This document shows positions 9,637-19,101 of a stretch of 64,000 nucleotides of DNA, piece after piece. Position 1 is the first letter of the stretch, and each line of letters opens with the position of its first letter. The notes under the pieces are model-generated. The model saw only the letters and a program-made list of their open reading frames with translations. It did not search any database and was not told the origin of the DNA. Source of the DNA: a virus; IMG/VR virus record IMGVR_UViG_3300025767_000013, positions 6,658 through 70,657 of that record. The stretch is one strand, 5' to 3'. A program made the translations under genes and the position numbers.

Positions 9637-10224
9637 ATGAAAAGTTTAATTATAGAAACCAATTTGTTTGAAGGAAGAGTTAACGAAGATGCTTCGGGTA
9701 GAACTTTGGTGAAAGGTGTCCTTCAAAGAGCAGGTGCAGAAAACCAAAATGGTAGAGTGTACCCAAAAGGAATTTTAGAAAGAGAAGTAAACAAATATCA
9801 ACAACTCATCAAAGAAAGAAGAGCATTGGGTGAGTTAGACCATCCTGATTCTTCAGTAATCAACCTAAAGAATGTATCTCATAATATTAAAGAAGTACAT
9901 TGGGAAGGTGAAGATGTAGTTGGTACTGTTGAAATTCTTCCAACTCCATCTGGTAATATCTTAAAAGAATTATTAAGAGCAGGAATCCTATTGGGTATCT
10001 CATCAAGAGGTATGGGTTCGGTAAAACCAATGGAAGGTAACAAAGTAGTAGTTGGTGAAGATTTTGAATTAATCGGTTGGGACTTTGTTTCTAACCCATC
10101 TACACATGGTGCATTTATGACTCCAATGAACGAATCAGTAGTTAAAGGTATTGGTACTGATGTTTGTGGAGATTTTTGTAAAGCACAAGATTTAATGAGA
10201 GAAATTATAACGGAGTTAGTATAA
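9637..10224 (+). CDS. prohead core protease (T4 gp21-like)
   Basis: NQNGRVYP, ALGELDHP, VSH, GISSRGMGS and DFVSNPS are gp21 family motifs. Confidence 0.96.
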   Translation: MKSLIIETNLFEGRVNEDASGRTLVKGVLQRAGAENQNGRVYPKGILEREVNKYQQLIKERRALGELDHPDSSVINLKNVSHNIKEVHWEGEDVVGTVEILPTPSGNILKELLRAGILLGISSRGMGSVKPMEGNKVVVGEDFELIGWDFVSNPSTHGAFMTPMNESVVKGIGTDVCGDFCKAQDLMREIITELV

Positions 10225-10778
10225 TGAGCAAGAAAAATTTTGATATCTATGATTATGTGCACAACAACAAAATCACTTTTAAGGTTGATGCACCAAAAGG
10301 AACCAGTGTAACTAAAGGTTACAATGATATCCGTAAAACAAACATCAACGAAGTAAAAATTGTAGATGGTAAATTCAGTTTATCTGAATCATTGGATGCT
10401 AACCGCCCGTTGGCAACTGAAGTAAAGAAACATTTCTTAGAAATTATTTCTACTTACAAAGGATTCTCTGAACAAATGAAAAGACAATCTGATATCGTTG
10501 AGGTAGCAGAAACATTAGGTGGAGTTGTGGAAGCAGCTAAAACCTTAACTCTTTCAGAAGCTGGTGATTGGTTCGATAAAGTAACCATCAAAAGAAATAT
10601 GAGTGAGTTGGATAAAATGGATAAAGCATTTGATAAAGTAGCTGCAGAAGCTAGAGCATTGGATGAAAGGTTGCACGCATTGTATGAGGATATGGGTAAC
10701 ATCTTAGGTAGATACTATGAGATTTCCGATATTGACCCACAAACAATGAAGGAAAGATTAGGAATTAAAGGAGAATAA
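10224..10778 (+). CDS. hypothetical head-cluster protein
   Basis: 184 aa, coupled to the protease stop; helical C-terminus ending LYEDMGNILGRYYEI; INE/LSE sites. Confidence 0.7.
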   Translation: MSKKNFDIYDYVHNNKITFKVDAPKGTSVTKGYNDIRKTNINEVKIVDGKFSLSESLDANRPLATEVKKHFLEIISTYKGFSEQMKRQSDIVEVAETLGGVVEAAKTLTLSEAGDWFDKVTIKRNMSELDKMDKAFDKVAAEARALDERLHALYEDMGNILGRYYEISDIDPQTMKERLGIKGE

Positions 10779-10782
10779 TATC

Positions 10783-11298
10783 ATGCCAGCACAATCACAA
10801 CAACAACAAAAATTATTCGGATTAGCATTAGCTGTTAAGAGAGGTGAAGTTTCTCCATCAGAAGTTTCTGATGAAGTAAAAGATATCGTTGATAGAATGA
10901 GTGAAAAGGATATTGAGGATTTTGCTGGAACATCTCATAAAGGTTTACCTAAAAAGGTAGAACAACAAATGAGGGAAATGGTTAGAGAGATTATGAGAGA
11001 AAGAGTAATCTCCGAACTAAATGAAGATGGTAAGATGCAAGGTGGTGAAGATGACCCTTGTTGGAAAGGATACGAAATGGTTGGAATGAAAATGAAGGAT
11101 GGTAAAGAAGTTCCTAATTGTGTTCCAAAGAATGAATCAGTAAATGAAGGGTACTCTACCGAAGAGAAACGAATCGTTCTGATGGCAGTTAAAAAGATTG
11201 CTAAATATATGAATGTTGATATGAAAACTGCAATGGGTTATGTACTCGGAGCAGGACAGGAACTCGAAAGAGATATCGAAAGAGGAAAAATAAAATAA
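10783..11298 (+). CDS. modular small head cargo protein (DUF3008-like N-terminus)
   Basis: MPAQSQQQQKLFGLALAVKRG...DFAGTSHKGLPKKV module, PCWKGY...VPNCV module and a third module, separated by LNE and ESVNE. Confidence 0.65.
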   Translation: MPAQSQQQQKLFGLALAVKRGEVSPSEVSDEVKDIVDRMSEKDIEDFAGTSHKGLPKKVEQQMREMVREIMRERVISELNEDGKMQGGEDDPCWKGYEMVGMKMKDGKEVPNCVPKNESVNEGYSTEEKRIVLMAVKKIAKYMNVDMKTAMGYVLGAGQELERDIERGKIK

Positions 11299-11303
11299 AA
11301 AGG

Positions 11304-11328
11304 AAAGGTGGTTTATCCACCTTTTTTT
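11304..11328 (+). terminator. rho-independent terminator
   Basis: AAAGGTGG-TTTAT-CCACCTTT hairpin running into a T tract just after stop 11298. Confidence 0.85.
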
Positions 11329-11390
11329 ATGTCTCAAAAATAAAAACTAAAGAAAATCTAATATTTTTTTAGGTTTTGTAAATTTCTATA

Positions 11391-11398
11391 TATTTATT
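11391..11398 (+). promoter_or_regulatory. putative late promoter element TATTTATT for the scaffold-MCP transcript
   Basis: Motif variant downstream of the terminator, about 150 nt upstream of ATG 11549. Confidence 0.55.
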
Positions 11399-11406
11399 CG
11401 TATAAT

Positions 11407-11518
11407 AACCCACTATCTTATGTGGGTTGATTGGTTTATGAATACTAACTTTTAATGTTTAGTGACCGAACGACCAATTTACAAACTATTCTACATTGAG
11501 GTTCCTCGAATAACTTCA
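11407..11518 (+). promoter_or_regulatory. structured 5' leader (three hairpins) of the scaffold-MCP mRNA
   Basis: AACCCAC/GTGGGTT; ATTGGT/ACCAAT enclosing ACTAA/TTAGT; TGAGGTT/AACTTCA. Confidence 0.45.
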
Positions 11519-11548
11519 GCAAAAAAACTTAATAAAAGGTAAAGTAAA

Positions 11549-12697
11549 ATGGCAAATTCAAAATTGTTAAAAGAAGCAATTGCTGATGCCAAAGCTGTAA
11601 GAGAAACTGCTATCGCTAACGCTAAAATCGCATTAGAAGAAGCTTTTACTCCACGCTTACAATCTATCCTTTCTAAGAAGCTTCAAGCTGAAATGGAAGG
11701 TGAAGAGGAAGAGCCAATGGAAGAAGAGTTAGACTCAAGTGATTTGGGAGTAGGTGATAATGTTGACCCATCAGCTGAAGCAAGTGATGCTCACATCGAC
11801 TTAGGTGCAGAATCTGAAGAAGAGACTGCAGAAGTTGGTGAAGAAGATGAAGCTCTTGATGTTGTTTCTGAAGAAGAACATTCTGATGAAGAAGCAATGG
11901 AAGAGGAAGTTGACGGAGTTGGCTATGATGACCCAACTAACGCAGATGACGCTGAGATTTCTGAAGAAGAGGACATGGAAATGGACTTGGAAGAAGAAAT
12001 GGAAGAAGAAGATGAGTTAGATTTGGAATCTATCATTAGAGAACTCGAAATGGGTATGGAAGATGACGAAGAAATTTCTGAAGAGGAAATGGATTCTGAA
12101 GAAGAAGTATCTGAAGAAGAAATGCAAGATGAAGTTCCTGCAATGGAAGAAGAAGAAATGGATTCAGAAGAAGAAGTTGAAATGTCAGATGACATGGAAG
12201 CTGAAATGGAAGATGATATGGAAGATGATGAAATTGATTTGGAAGAGATTCTTAGAGAGATGGGTTACGGCGCTGAAGAAGAAGAAGTAAACGAAGAAGA
12301 GGAAGTTGCTGACAACTCTGCTGAATTAGAAGCAGAATTGGAAGAAGCTTACGCTGCTATCAAAACACTTCAATCTACTATCAACGAAGTAAACCTATTG
12401 AACGCAAAATTATTATACGCTAATAGATTGTTCAGAGCTTATAACTTAAACAACGAACAAAAAACTAAAGTTGTAGAGAACTTAGACAGAACTACATCTG
12501 TTAGAGAAGTAAAATTAGTTTACGCAACGCTTGCTGAATCAATGAACTTTACAGGTACTGAAAGAAAAACTAAGAAAGTTGTAGCTGAAGCTGCATCTAA
12601 ACCAGTTGCTTCTACCGCACCTGCAAAAGAAATTATTTCTGAAAGCACAAATGAATTGGCTAATAGATTCAAACAATTAGCTGGAATCAACAAATAA
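11549..12697 (+). CDS. prohead scaffolding/core protein (gp22 positional analogue)
   Basis: Immediately upstream of MCP; extremely acidic central region with many xxE sites; coiled-coil ends; C-terminal RFKQLAGI motif. Confidence 0.85.
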   Translation: MANSKLLKEAIADAKAVRETAIANAKIALEEAFTPRLQSILSKKLQAEMEGEEEEPMEEELDSSDLGVGDNVDPSAEASDAHIDLGAESEEETAEVGEEDEALDVVSEEEHSDEEAMEEEVDGVGYDDPTNADDAEISEEEDMEMDLEEEMEEEDELDLESIIRELEMGMEDDEEISEEEMDSEEEVSEEEMQDEVPAMEEEEMDSEEEVEMSDDMEAEMEDDMEDDEIDLEEILREMGYGAEEEEVNEEEEVADNSAELEAELEEAYAAIKTLQSTINEVNLLNAKLLYANRLFRAYNLNNEQKTKVVENLDRTTSVREVKLVYATLAESMNFTGTERKTKKVVAEAASKPVASTAPAKEIISESTNELANRFKQLAGINK

Positions 12698-12725
12698 CAA
12701 CTAACATTAAAAAAGGAAAAATAAA

Positions 12726-14345
12726 ATGGCAAATTTTGATTTATCTAAGTTAATGGAAGGCCGTAACCCACAAGCAGTAATGTTGAACGAAACTCGTCAA
12801 CTTAAAGGCAAATGGGAAGCAACTGGTCTTCTTGAAGGCTTAAACGCAAAAGAGCAAGGCGCGATGGCGGTATTGCTTGAAAACCAAGCAAAACAATTGC
12901 TTGATGAGGCAACCCAAACTGGTGTTGCTGCAAGTTCAGAAGAATGGAGTGGCGTAGCTCTTCCATTGGTAAGAAGAATCTTTGGTGAGATTGCTTCTAA
13001 AGAATTCGTTAGTGTACAACCTATGAACTTACCTTCAGGTCTTGTATTCTATCTTGATTTCAAATATGGTACTGCACAAGGTGGTAACCCTGCATTCTCT
13101 GGAAAATCACTTTTCGGTGGTACTGGAGCTGACTTAGGTTCTACTGATTCAGCAGTAAATGGTTTATATGGTGAAGGTCGTTTCGGATACTCTGCAAACG
13201 ATGTAACTTCATCTGTAGCTGTTGGTTCAATCACCTTCACTTCAGCTTCTTGGGCTGATGTAGGTTTCGATGCTTCTCTTTCTGCTTCAGTAGCAGCAGG
13301 TGAGGTTGCTAAAGCAACTTTCGCAGCTCCTGCAACTGCAGATTTAGATGGTGTTCGTTCTTTCAATGTAGCTAACGCTGCAGTTGTAACTAACTTGAAC
13401 CAATTCCACTCAGTATCTGGTACTGACTTAGTGTTGATGGTATCTGCATCTGCAGGTTTACAAACTTCTAAGGCTGGATTTGGTGTTGTTACCTATTCAG
13501 TAGTTCCTGCTGATTACGCAAGAGGTGATTTCGAAGATGGTAAAAACGCTGGTCAAATCGCTGGTAATGCTGGTTCAGTTGGTATTGATATCGACATCCC
13601 AGAAGTTGATTTGGAATTGAAATCAGAAGCTATCGTTGCTAAGACTAGAAAGTTGAAAGCAGTATGGACTCCTGAATTAGCGCAAGACCTTAACGCTTAC
13701 CACTCAATCGATGCAGAGGCTGAATTGACCTCTATGTTATCTGATTACATCTCATTGGAAATCGACTTAGAAATCCTTGATATGTTGAAGTCTAACGCAT
13801 TGACTACTGAGTACTGGTCAGCAACTATCGGTGAAGAGTACAACGCTTCAACTGGTGCATGGTCTGCAGCTGCAACTGGTATGGCATACCAAAAGAACAC
13901 TTGGTTCCAAACCCTTGGTACTAAGTTGAACAAAGTATCTAACAAAATTCACCAATTGACATTAAGAGGTGGCGCTAATTTCGTAGTTGCTTCTCCTGAT
14001 GTATGTACTATCTTGGAATCAATCCCTGGATTTACTGTATCTGCGGATAAAGATGCTTCATCTTTCGCAGCTGGTGTAACTACTGTTGGTGCTATCGCAA
14101 ACAGATACACTGTTTATAAGAACCCTTACATGACTTCTAACGAAATCTTATTAGGTTTCAGAGGTTCTAACTTCTTAGAGACTGGTGCTGTTTACGCTCC
14201 ATATGTTCCACTTATCATGACTCCATTGGTGTATGACCCAACTAACTTTACTCCTCGTAGAGGTGTAATGACTAGATACGCTAAGAAGATGGTAAGACCA
14301 GAATACTACGGACGTATCTTCGTTAAAGATTTAGCTTCTATCTAA
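12726..14345 (+). CDS. major capsid protein (T4 gp23-like)
   Basis: LLENQ, LPLVRR, VSVQPMNLPSGLVFYL, AKTRKLKAVWTPELAQDLNAYHSIDAEAEL, YAPYVPL and PRRGVMTRY. Confidence 0.98.
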   Translation: MANFDLSKLMEGRNPQAVMLNETRQLKGKWEATGLLEGLNAKEQGAMAVLLENQAKQLLDEATQTGVAASSEEWSGVALPLVRRIFGEIASKEFVSVQPMNLPSGLVFYLDFKYGTAQGGNPAFSGKSLFGGTGADLGSTDSAVNGLYGEGRFGYSANDVTSSVAVGSITFTSASWADVGFDASLSASVAAGEVAKATFAAPATADLDGVRSFNVANAAVVTNLNQFHSVSGTDLVLMVSASAGLQTSKAGFGVVTYSVVPADYARGDFEDGKNAGQIAGNAGSVGIDIDIPEVDLELKSEAIVAKTRKLKAVWTPELAQDLNAYHSIDAEAELTSMLSDYISLEIDLEILDMLKSNALTTEYWSATIGEEYNASTGAWSAAATGMAYQKNTWFQTLGTKLNKVSNKIHQLTLRGGANFVVASPDVCTILESIPGFTVSADKDASSFAAGVTTVGAIANRYTVYKNPYMTSNEILLGFRGSNFLETGAVYAPYVPLIMTPLVYDPTNFTPRRGVMTRYAKKMVRPEYYGRIFVKDLASI

Positions 14346-14366
14346 TAGTAAGTTAAACTTAATACT

Positions 14367-14397
14367 AAGAGGGGGGAGAAATCTCCCCTCTTTTTTT
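14367..14397 (+). terminator. rho-independent terminator after MCP
   Basis: GAGGGGGGA-GAAA-TCTCCCCTC stem-loop followed by T7. Confidence 0.92.
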
Positions 14398-14423
14398 ATG
14401 TCCACTTTTTTGTAATAAACTTA

Positions 14424-14431
14424 TATTTATA
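14424..14431 (+). promoter_or_regulatory. putative late promoter element TATTTATA
   Basis: Follows the MCP terminator; only 4 nt before ATG 14436. Confidence 0.6.
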
Positions 14432-14435
14432 AGGG

Positions 14436-14660
14436 ATGATGTTAAATTGGCAGAGATATTACGAACTACATAAACATTTGGGAAACATCAATGAGATTGT
14501 TGCCCAATACAATATGTATGTTTACCAAAATGAGGAACAATATGATGCCGAGTTAATAAGAAAAGCAGGAAATTCCGGATTATTCATACTTCAAGAAAAA
14601 AATGGATATGTGATTTTGCAAGAAGGAAAGCATGAATACGGACTATTACAAGAATACTAA
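14436..14660 (+). CDS. small hypothetical protein
   Basis: 74 aa; three LQE repeats at the C-terminus; stop overlaps the next start (TAATG). Confidence 0.6.
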   Translation: MMLNWQRYYELHKHLGNINEIVAQYNMYVYQNEEQYDAELIRKAGNSGLFILQEKNGYVILQEGKHEYGLLQEY

Positions 14661-15973
14661 TGAGTAACAAAAGAATATCAGAATTACAATTAGAAGTAAA
14701 CCCACAAATAAGTGATTTAATTGCACTTGCTTCAGATGGTACTTCCAAAAGAACTACATTGGGTTCAGTTCTCAACTCATCAATACCATCCACATTTGGA
14801 ACTACCACAATCAATGGTGATTTGGATGTAAACGGAAACCTTAGAGTTTCTACATTAATATCCGCATCTATTCTTTACGAAAGTGGTTCAACCATATTTG
14901 GTGACTCATTGGATGATACTCATAACTTCAATGGTGATGTAACCATTAGTGGTTCTCTTTTCATAAGTGGAACAACCGAATTGGGTGGTGATATATACCC
15001 ACAAACTCCACAAGGAGCAACATTAGGAACTCTAGAAAAACCATTCAGAGAAATCTACTTACAATCGGGTTCTATTAACATTGAATCAGATGTACCTGGT
15101 GAACCATCCGCAGTTATTTCTAATAACAACAATAACTTAGAAATATCAATTGGGGGTATGAAATTAATACAACCCGATGCATCATTCGTAGCACCAACGG
15201 GTTCATTCTCTTATTTAAGTTCAAGTTTTAATCATATTGGTACGGCAAATAGATTGGGTGATACTATAACAACGGGTTCATTAAGAGTTAGTGGTTCGAC
15301 AATTATGTTTGGTGATAATACAATGACAGGTAATACTTCATTAACAGGTAGTGTACACATTAGTGGTTCAACTAACTTAGTTGGAAATACTACTTTAGAA
15401 GGAACTACTACATTAAGTGGTAGTGTTTCCGTTACGGGTTCTATGAGTGTTACTGGTTCGGTTGATGTTAGGGGTGATTTTTACCACAAAGGAAATAAAC
15501 AATACAACTACGGACAATTCTATTCACTACAAACACAATCTGGTTCAGCAAATATTGCATACCCAATGAAGTTTGAAGTATCGGATGGTTCGGATGGTGT
15601 ATCTATTGTAAATAACGGAAGTGGATTTCCAACAAGAATTACACCTACACATTCTGGTGTATATAATATTCAATTCTCAAATCAATTGGGTAACACCGCA
15701 AATTCGGACATCACATTTGATATATGGTTCAGAATAAGTGAAGCAAATGTTCCAAACTCAAATACAAAGTTCAGTTTGATTAAATCGTTAGGTAGTGGAT
15801 TATATGCAGTAGCTGCACTAAACTTCTTAACTCAAATAAATGCTGGGCAATATGTAGAAATTATGTGGAGTTCTGCTGCATCAACTGCACGATTTGAATA
15901 TTTGGGAACACAAACAACTCCAACCAGACCAGCAACCCCATCAATCATATTGACGGTAACACAAATAGCATAA
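14660..15973 (+). CDS. fibre/decoration-like virion protein (possible head fibre) with C-terminal beta-sandwich
   Basis: N-terminal KRISEL anchor-like motif; xxSGS/TGS beta-repeats; C-terminal ITPTHSGVYNIQFS...GQYVEIMW resembles C1q/BclA-type trimer domains. Confidence 0.6.
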   Translation: MSNKRISELQLEVNPQISDLIALASDGTSKRTTLGSVLNSSIPSTFGTTTINGDLDVNGNLRVSTLISASILYESGSTIFGDSLDDTHNFNGDVTISGSLFISGTTELGGDIYPQTPQGATLGTLEKPFREIYLQSGSINIESDVPGEPSAVISNNNNNLEISIGGMKLIQPDASFVAPTGSFSYLSSSFNHIGTANRLGDTITTGSLRVSGSTIMFGDNTMTGNTSLTGSVHISGSTNLVGNTTLEGTTTLSGSVSVTGSMSVTGSVDVRGDFYHKGNKQYNYGQFYSLQTQSGSANIAYPMKFEVSDGSDGVSIVNNGSGFPTRITPTHSGVYNIQFSNQLGNTANSDITFDIWFRISEANVPNSNTKFSLIKSLGSGLYAVAALNFLTQINAGQYVEIMWSSAASTARFEYLGTQTTPTRPATPSIILTVTQIA

Positions 15974-16016
15974 TTTTAGATAATCCGATTCTAAACACTA
16001 TTCTTTTTTTTCTTAA

Positions 16017-16024
16017 TATTTATA
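16017..16024 (+). promoter_or_regulatory. putative late promoter element TATTTATA
   Basis: Recurrent motif about 30 nt upstream of ATG 16054. Confidence 0.65.
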
Positions 16025-16053
16025 GATAAGTTAAATTAAGAGAGGAATAGTAA

Positions 16054-17202
16054 ATGGCAGTAGAATACATATATCCTGGTTCATCATCATTCTCAGAAGG
16101 ACAAACTCCATTTGGAACATATGATTCGGATTCAACATTCGTATCCGATGCTCCTAAAGTTGCTCTTTGGTGTGCTAGAAGATTGGGATATCCAATCCAA
16201 AATGTAGAATTGGTAGATGAAAGTTTGTATGCTTGTTTCGAAGAAGCAACTTCTGAATACGCAGCACAAGTAAACCAATTCAATATCCGAAACAACTTAG
16301 ATGTTGTTAAGGGAAATCCACTTGGTACAAATTATAGTGGAAAGAATGTTGAGGGTTCATTCCTCCCATCTCTTATTGCTATTGTAGAAGGATATGGAAC
16401 TTTAGCCGGAGTTGGTGGAAATACTGATATCAAAAAGGGTTCAATTGATTTGGTAGCCGGAACGCAAACCTATGATTTGCAATTATTATTTGCTAGTGGT
16501 AGTGAAGCCGGTAAAAAAATCCATGTAACTAAAGTATTCCATGAAGCAACTCCTGCAATCAACAGATTCTTTGACCCTTATTCAGTAAGTGGACAGGGAA
16601 CTCTTAATTTGATTGATGAATTTGGGTTTGGTTCATTCTCACCAGCCGCACAATTTATCTTAATGCCAATTTACGAAGATTTATTAAGAATCCAAGCAAT
16701 TGAGTTCAACGATGAATTCCGTAAATCAGCACACTCTTTTAATATTGTAAATAACAAATTACAAATATTCCCAATACCAACAACAACTGGTAAATTATGG
16801 TTTGAATATTTTGTATCTGATGAATTTGTTGAAAACGAAACCATCGTAACTGATAATGTAGTTTCGGATTACGCAAATATTGGATATGATTTTATTCCAT
16901 ACGCAAATATTAATGATGTTGGTAAACAATGGATTAGAAAATATACACTTGCTCTTGCTAAGGAATTGTTAGGAGCAATTAGAGAAAAATATAGTTCAGT
17001 TCCTATTCCTGGTTCCGAAATATCATTAGATGGAGCAGCTCTAAGGTCAGAAGCTCAAACTGAAAAAGATGCTCTGATTGAACACCTCAGAGAAAACTTA
17101 GAGGAGTTGAGTAGAAAGAATCAGTTTGAGGTGAGAGCACATGAAGCAGACCACCAACAAGAAATGTTGAGAAAAGTTCCACTATTGATTTATACAGGTT
17201 AA
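16054..17202 (+). CDS. neck/head-tail adaptor protein (T4 gp13-like)
   Basis: RRLGYPIQNVEL, WIRKYTLALAKELLG-IREKY and ISLDGAALRSEA match the gp13-like pattern. Confidence 0.85.
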   Translation: MAVEYIYPGSSSFSEGQTPFGTYDSDSTFVSDAPKVALWCARRLGYPIQNVELVDESLYACFEEATSEYAAQVNQFNIRNNLDVVKGNPLGTNYSGKNVEGSFLPSLIAIVEGYGTLAGVGGNTDIKKGSIDLVAGTQTYDLQLLFASGSEAGKKIHVTKVFHEATPAINRFFDPYSVSGQGTLNLIDEFGFGSFSPAAQFILMPIYEDLLRIQAIEFNDEFRKSAHSFNIVNNKLQIFPIPTTTGKLWFEYFVSDEFVENETIVTDNVVSDYANIGYDFIPYANINDVGKQWIRKYTLALAKELLGAIREKYSSVPIPGSEISLDGAALRSEAQTEKDALIEHLRENLEELSRKNQFEVRAHEADHQQEMLRKVPLLIYTG

Positions 17203-17207
17203 GGTAA

Positions 17208-17663
17208 ATGGCAAGATTCGCATTAGATAGAGATATCAGATTCTTTGAAGGAATCTCAAGGGAGTTGGTAGATGCAGTAATTGAAACTACTGTTGTTCTA
17301 TTCAAACTTGCAATTGAGGATGTCAAAACAAATTTATACGGAGAATCCCTAAACAAATCTTATTATCAAGGAACTGAATGTTCTGCGGTTATTGATAGAG
17401 CAGATACAAGCGTTTCTTATGAAGGATTCGGACCTGATTCAGGTCAGACTGTGGAATTCCGTTTTAATCGATTCACATTAGAGGATAAAGGTTTCTACCC
17501 AGAGATTGGTGATATCATTTATCACAACGATGCATATTTCGAAATTGATAATGTAAGAGAGGACCAATTAATTGGTGGAAGAAGTGGAGAGAAATTCTCA
17601 ATCATTTGTTCAACATTTATGACGAGAAGAAGTTCTATTCAAACTGAAATGAGAGTTATTTAA
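17208..17663 (+). CDS. neck/head-closure protein (gp14-like)
   Basis: Follows gp13-like gene; NLYGES, YPEIGDII and YFEIDNV. Confidence 0.7.
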   Translation: MARFALDRDIRFFEGISRELVDAVIETTVVLFKLAIEDVKTNLYGESLNKSYYQGTECSAVIDRADTSVSYEGFGPDSGQTVEFRFNRFTLEDKGFYPEIGDIIYHNDAYFEIDNVREDQLIGGRSGEKFSIICSTFMTRRSSIQTEMRVI

Positions 17664-18727
17664 TGAATAAGAAGGAAACAAATAGAGCATTACAACGAAG
17701 TATTGATAAGGAGTTCACTAAAGGTGTAAAACTTATCGATATTGATACCACCATAGCAGAGTATATGGTGGATACTATTATTCCAGATGTGGAAGAAAAT
17801 GGTAATGCGGTTAAGGTTCCTCTTCTTTATGGAAATGCGGAAAGATGGAATAACGCAAGAAAGCAGGGGTATTTGAGAGACCAAAGGGGTAAGATTCAAA
17901 TTCCTATGGTAATGTTTAAGAGAAACTCTATTGATAGGCAAGATGGAATGGCTCAATTCAAAGATGTTAACACATTACCTGCTTACAAAAAATATTCTCA
18001 ACAAAATAGATACGAAAGGTTTTCTTTGCAAACTGGGGCTAGTAAAGCATTCGAACAATATGAGGTATCGGTGCCGGATTATGTAACGGTAACTTATGAG
18101 GTAATGATTTGGACATCATTTACCGAACATATGAACAAAATTGTGGAGGCATTCCAATATGCAACTGATAGATATTGGGGAACCGAAAAAGGATACAAAT
18201 TTAGAACTCGTATTGATTCATTTGATAATCAACAAGAAGTTGGAGAAGGTTCGGAGAGAATTATCAGAACATCATTCACAATGGTAACTAACGCATATTT
18301 GTTACCTGAAACTTACGATGATAAACCAACGGTTAAAAAATCATTTACTCCGAAAAAAGTAGTATGGGGTGTTGAGACTGATTTAAGTGGACAGATGTTC
18401 ACAAATCCTAACATCTATAACGAATACCAATCGGTAATTGATTTTGTGGCAATTAGAAGTTCTCAAAGAGCTGTATTTGTTGATGAAACTACAATGAAAC
18501 TTACAAATGTTAGAAAACCAGCATTACCTAATGAACTAATAGGTTCTTTCGATGTGAGAAATTGGTTTAGAGTTTATATAAATTCTGAATTCAAACCATC
18601 ATCAACCTACGATTATATTTTTAATGGAGCAACAAATGAAATCACATTCATATTCAATGGAACCTTGGGATTTGCATTGGATGCAAATGATGAAGTTGAT
18701 ATTGTTGGAAAATTTGAACAATTATGA
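17663..18727 (+). CDS. tail terminator/sheath stabiliser (gp15-like) with C-terminal extension
   Basis: VKVPLLYGNAERW, KIQIPM and VPDYVTVTYEVMIW resemble gp15; lies after gp13/gp14-like genes. Confidence 0.7.
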   Translation: MNKKETNRALQRSIDKEFTKGVKLIDIDTTIAEYMVDTIIPDVEENGNAVKVPLLYGNAERWNNARKQGYLRDQRGKIQIPMVMFKRNSIDRQDGMAQFKDVNTLPAYKKYSQQNRYERFSLQTGASKAFEQYEVSVPDYVTVTYEVMIWTSFTEHMNKIVEAFQYATDRYWGTEKGYKFRTRIDSFDNQQEVGEGSERIIRTSFTMVTNAYLLPETYDDKPTVKKSFTPKKVVWGVETDLSGQMFTNPNIYNEYQSVIDFVAIRSSQRAVFVDETTMKLTNVRKPALPNELIGSFDVRNWFRVYINSEFKPSSTYDYIFNGATNEITFIFNGTLGFALDANDEVDIVGKFEQL

Positions 18728-19101
18728 ATATAAAGACTCTTAAAAATATAATGAAGGAAGTGAATCAACCAAATGAGTTCATTATGGAACCAGTTGATTT
18801 AACGCATCCTTTGTATTGGATTTGGAGAACTACAACCCCATGTAGATTAAAGACATTGGATAGTAGATTATCTTCCAAAAGACATACTGATGCTAGATTT
18901 GATGTTTTTGTATGGGGTGGTTACATTGCACCAAGAGATTATAAATTCGAACAAATTGGACAGTATTTTCACATAAAATTTATTAGAGAAAATTTCCCAT
19001 CAACTATTGAAAACTCAAATGACCCAAACTTTGGTCAACCTTGGAGTTTTGAAGCTGGTGATAATGTGAAAATTGAAGGTGATTTAGAAATACTAAACTA
19101 A
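18724..19101 (+). CDS. hypothetical virion-associated protein
   Basis: 125 aa, overlaps the previous stop; beta-rich; ending GDNVKIEGDL resembles the ends of neighbouring ORFs. Confidence 0.65.
   Translation: MNIKTLKNIMKEVNQPNEFIMEPVDLTHPLYWIWRTTTPCRLKTLDSRLSSKRHTDARFDVFVWGGYIAPRDYKFEQIGQYFHIKFIRENFPSTIENSNDPNFGQPWSFEAGDNVKIEGDLEILN

Larger units (their letters stand above)
8573..11150 (+). repeat. dispersed 16-nt repeat GAATCAGTAAMYGAAG encoding ESV(N/T)E linkers (8573, 8765, 8990, 11134)
   Basis: GAATCAGTAACCGAAG, GAATCAGTAAACGAAG twice, GAATCAGTAAATGAAG, read directly from the sequence. Confidence 0.75.

Noticed and set aside
11330-11548. tRNA in the longest intergenic gap
   Set aside because: No cloverleaf or T-loop GTTCRA consensus in the right context; reported instead as a structured leader.
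11690-12350. Acidic Glu/Asp/Met low-complexity tract and its overlapping ORFs as a separate element
   Set aside because: It is the acidic middle of the scaffold protein, normal for prohead core proteins; the overlapping Lys-rich and Ser-rich ORFs are frame shadows.
3051-14345. Introns, inteins or homing endonucleases in terminase, portal or MCP
   Set aside because: All three are uninterrupted and of ordinary length, with no intein or endonuclease motifs seen.
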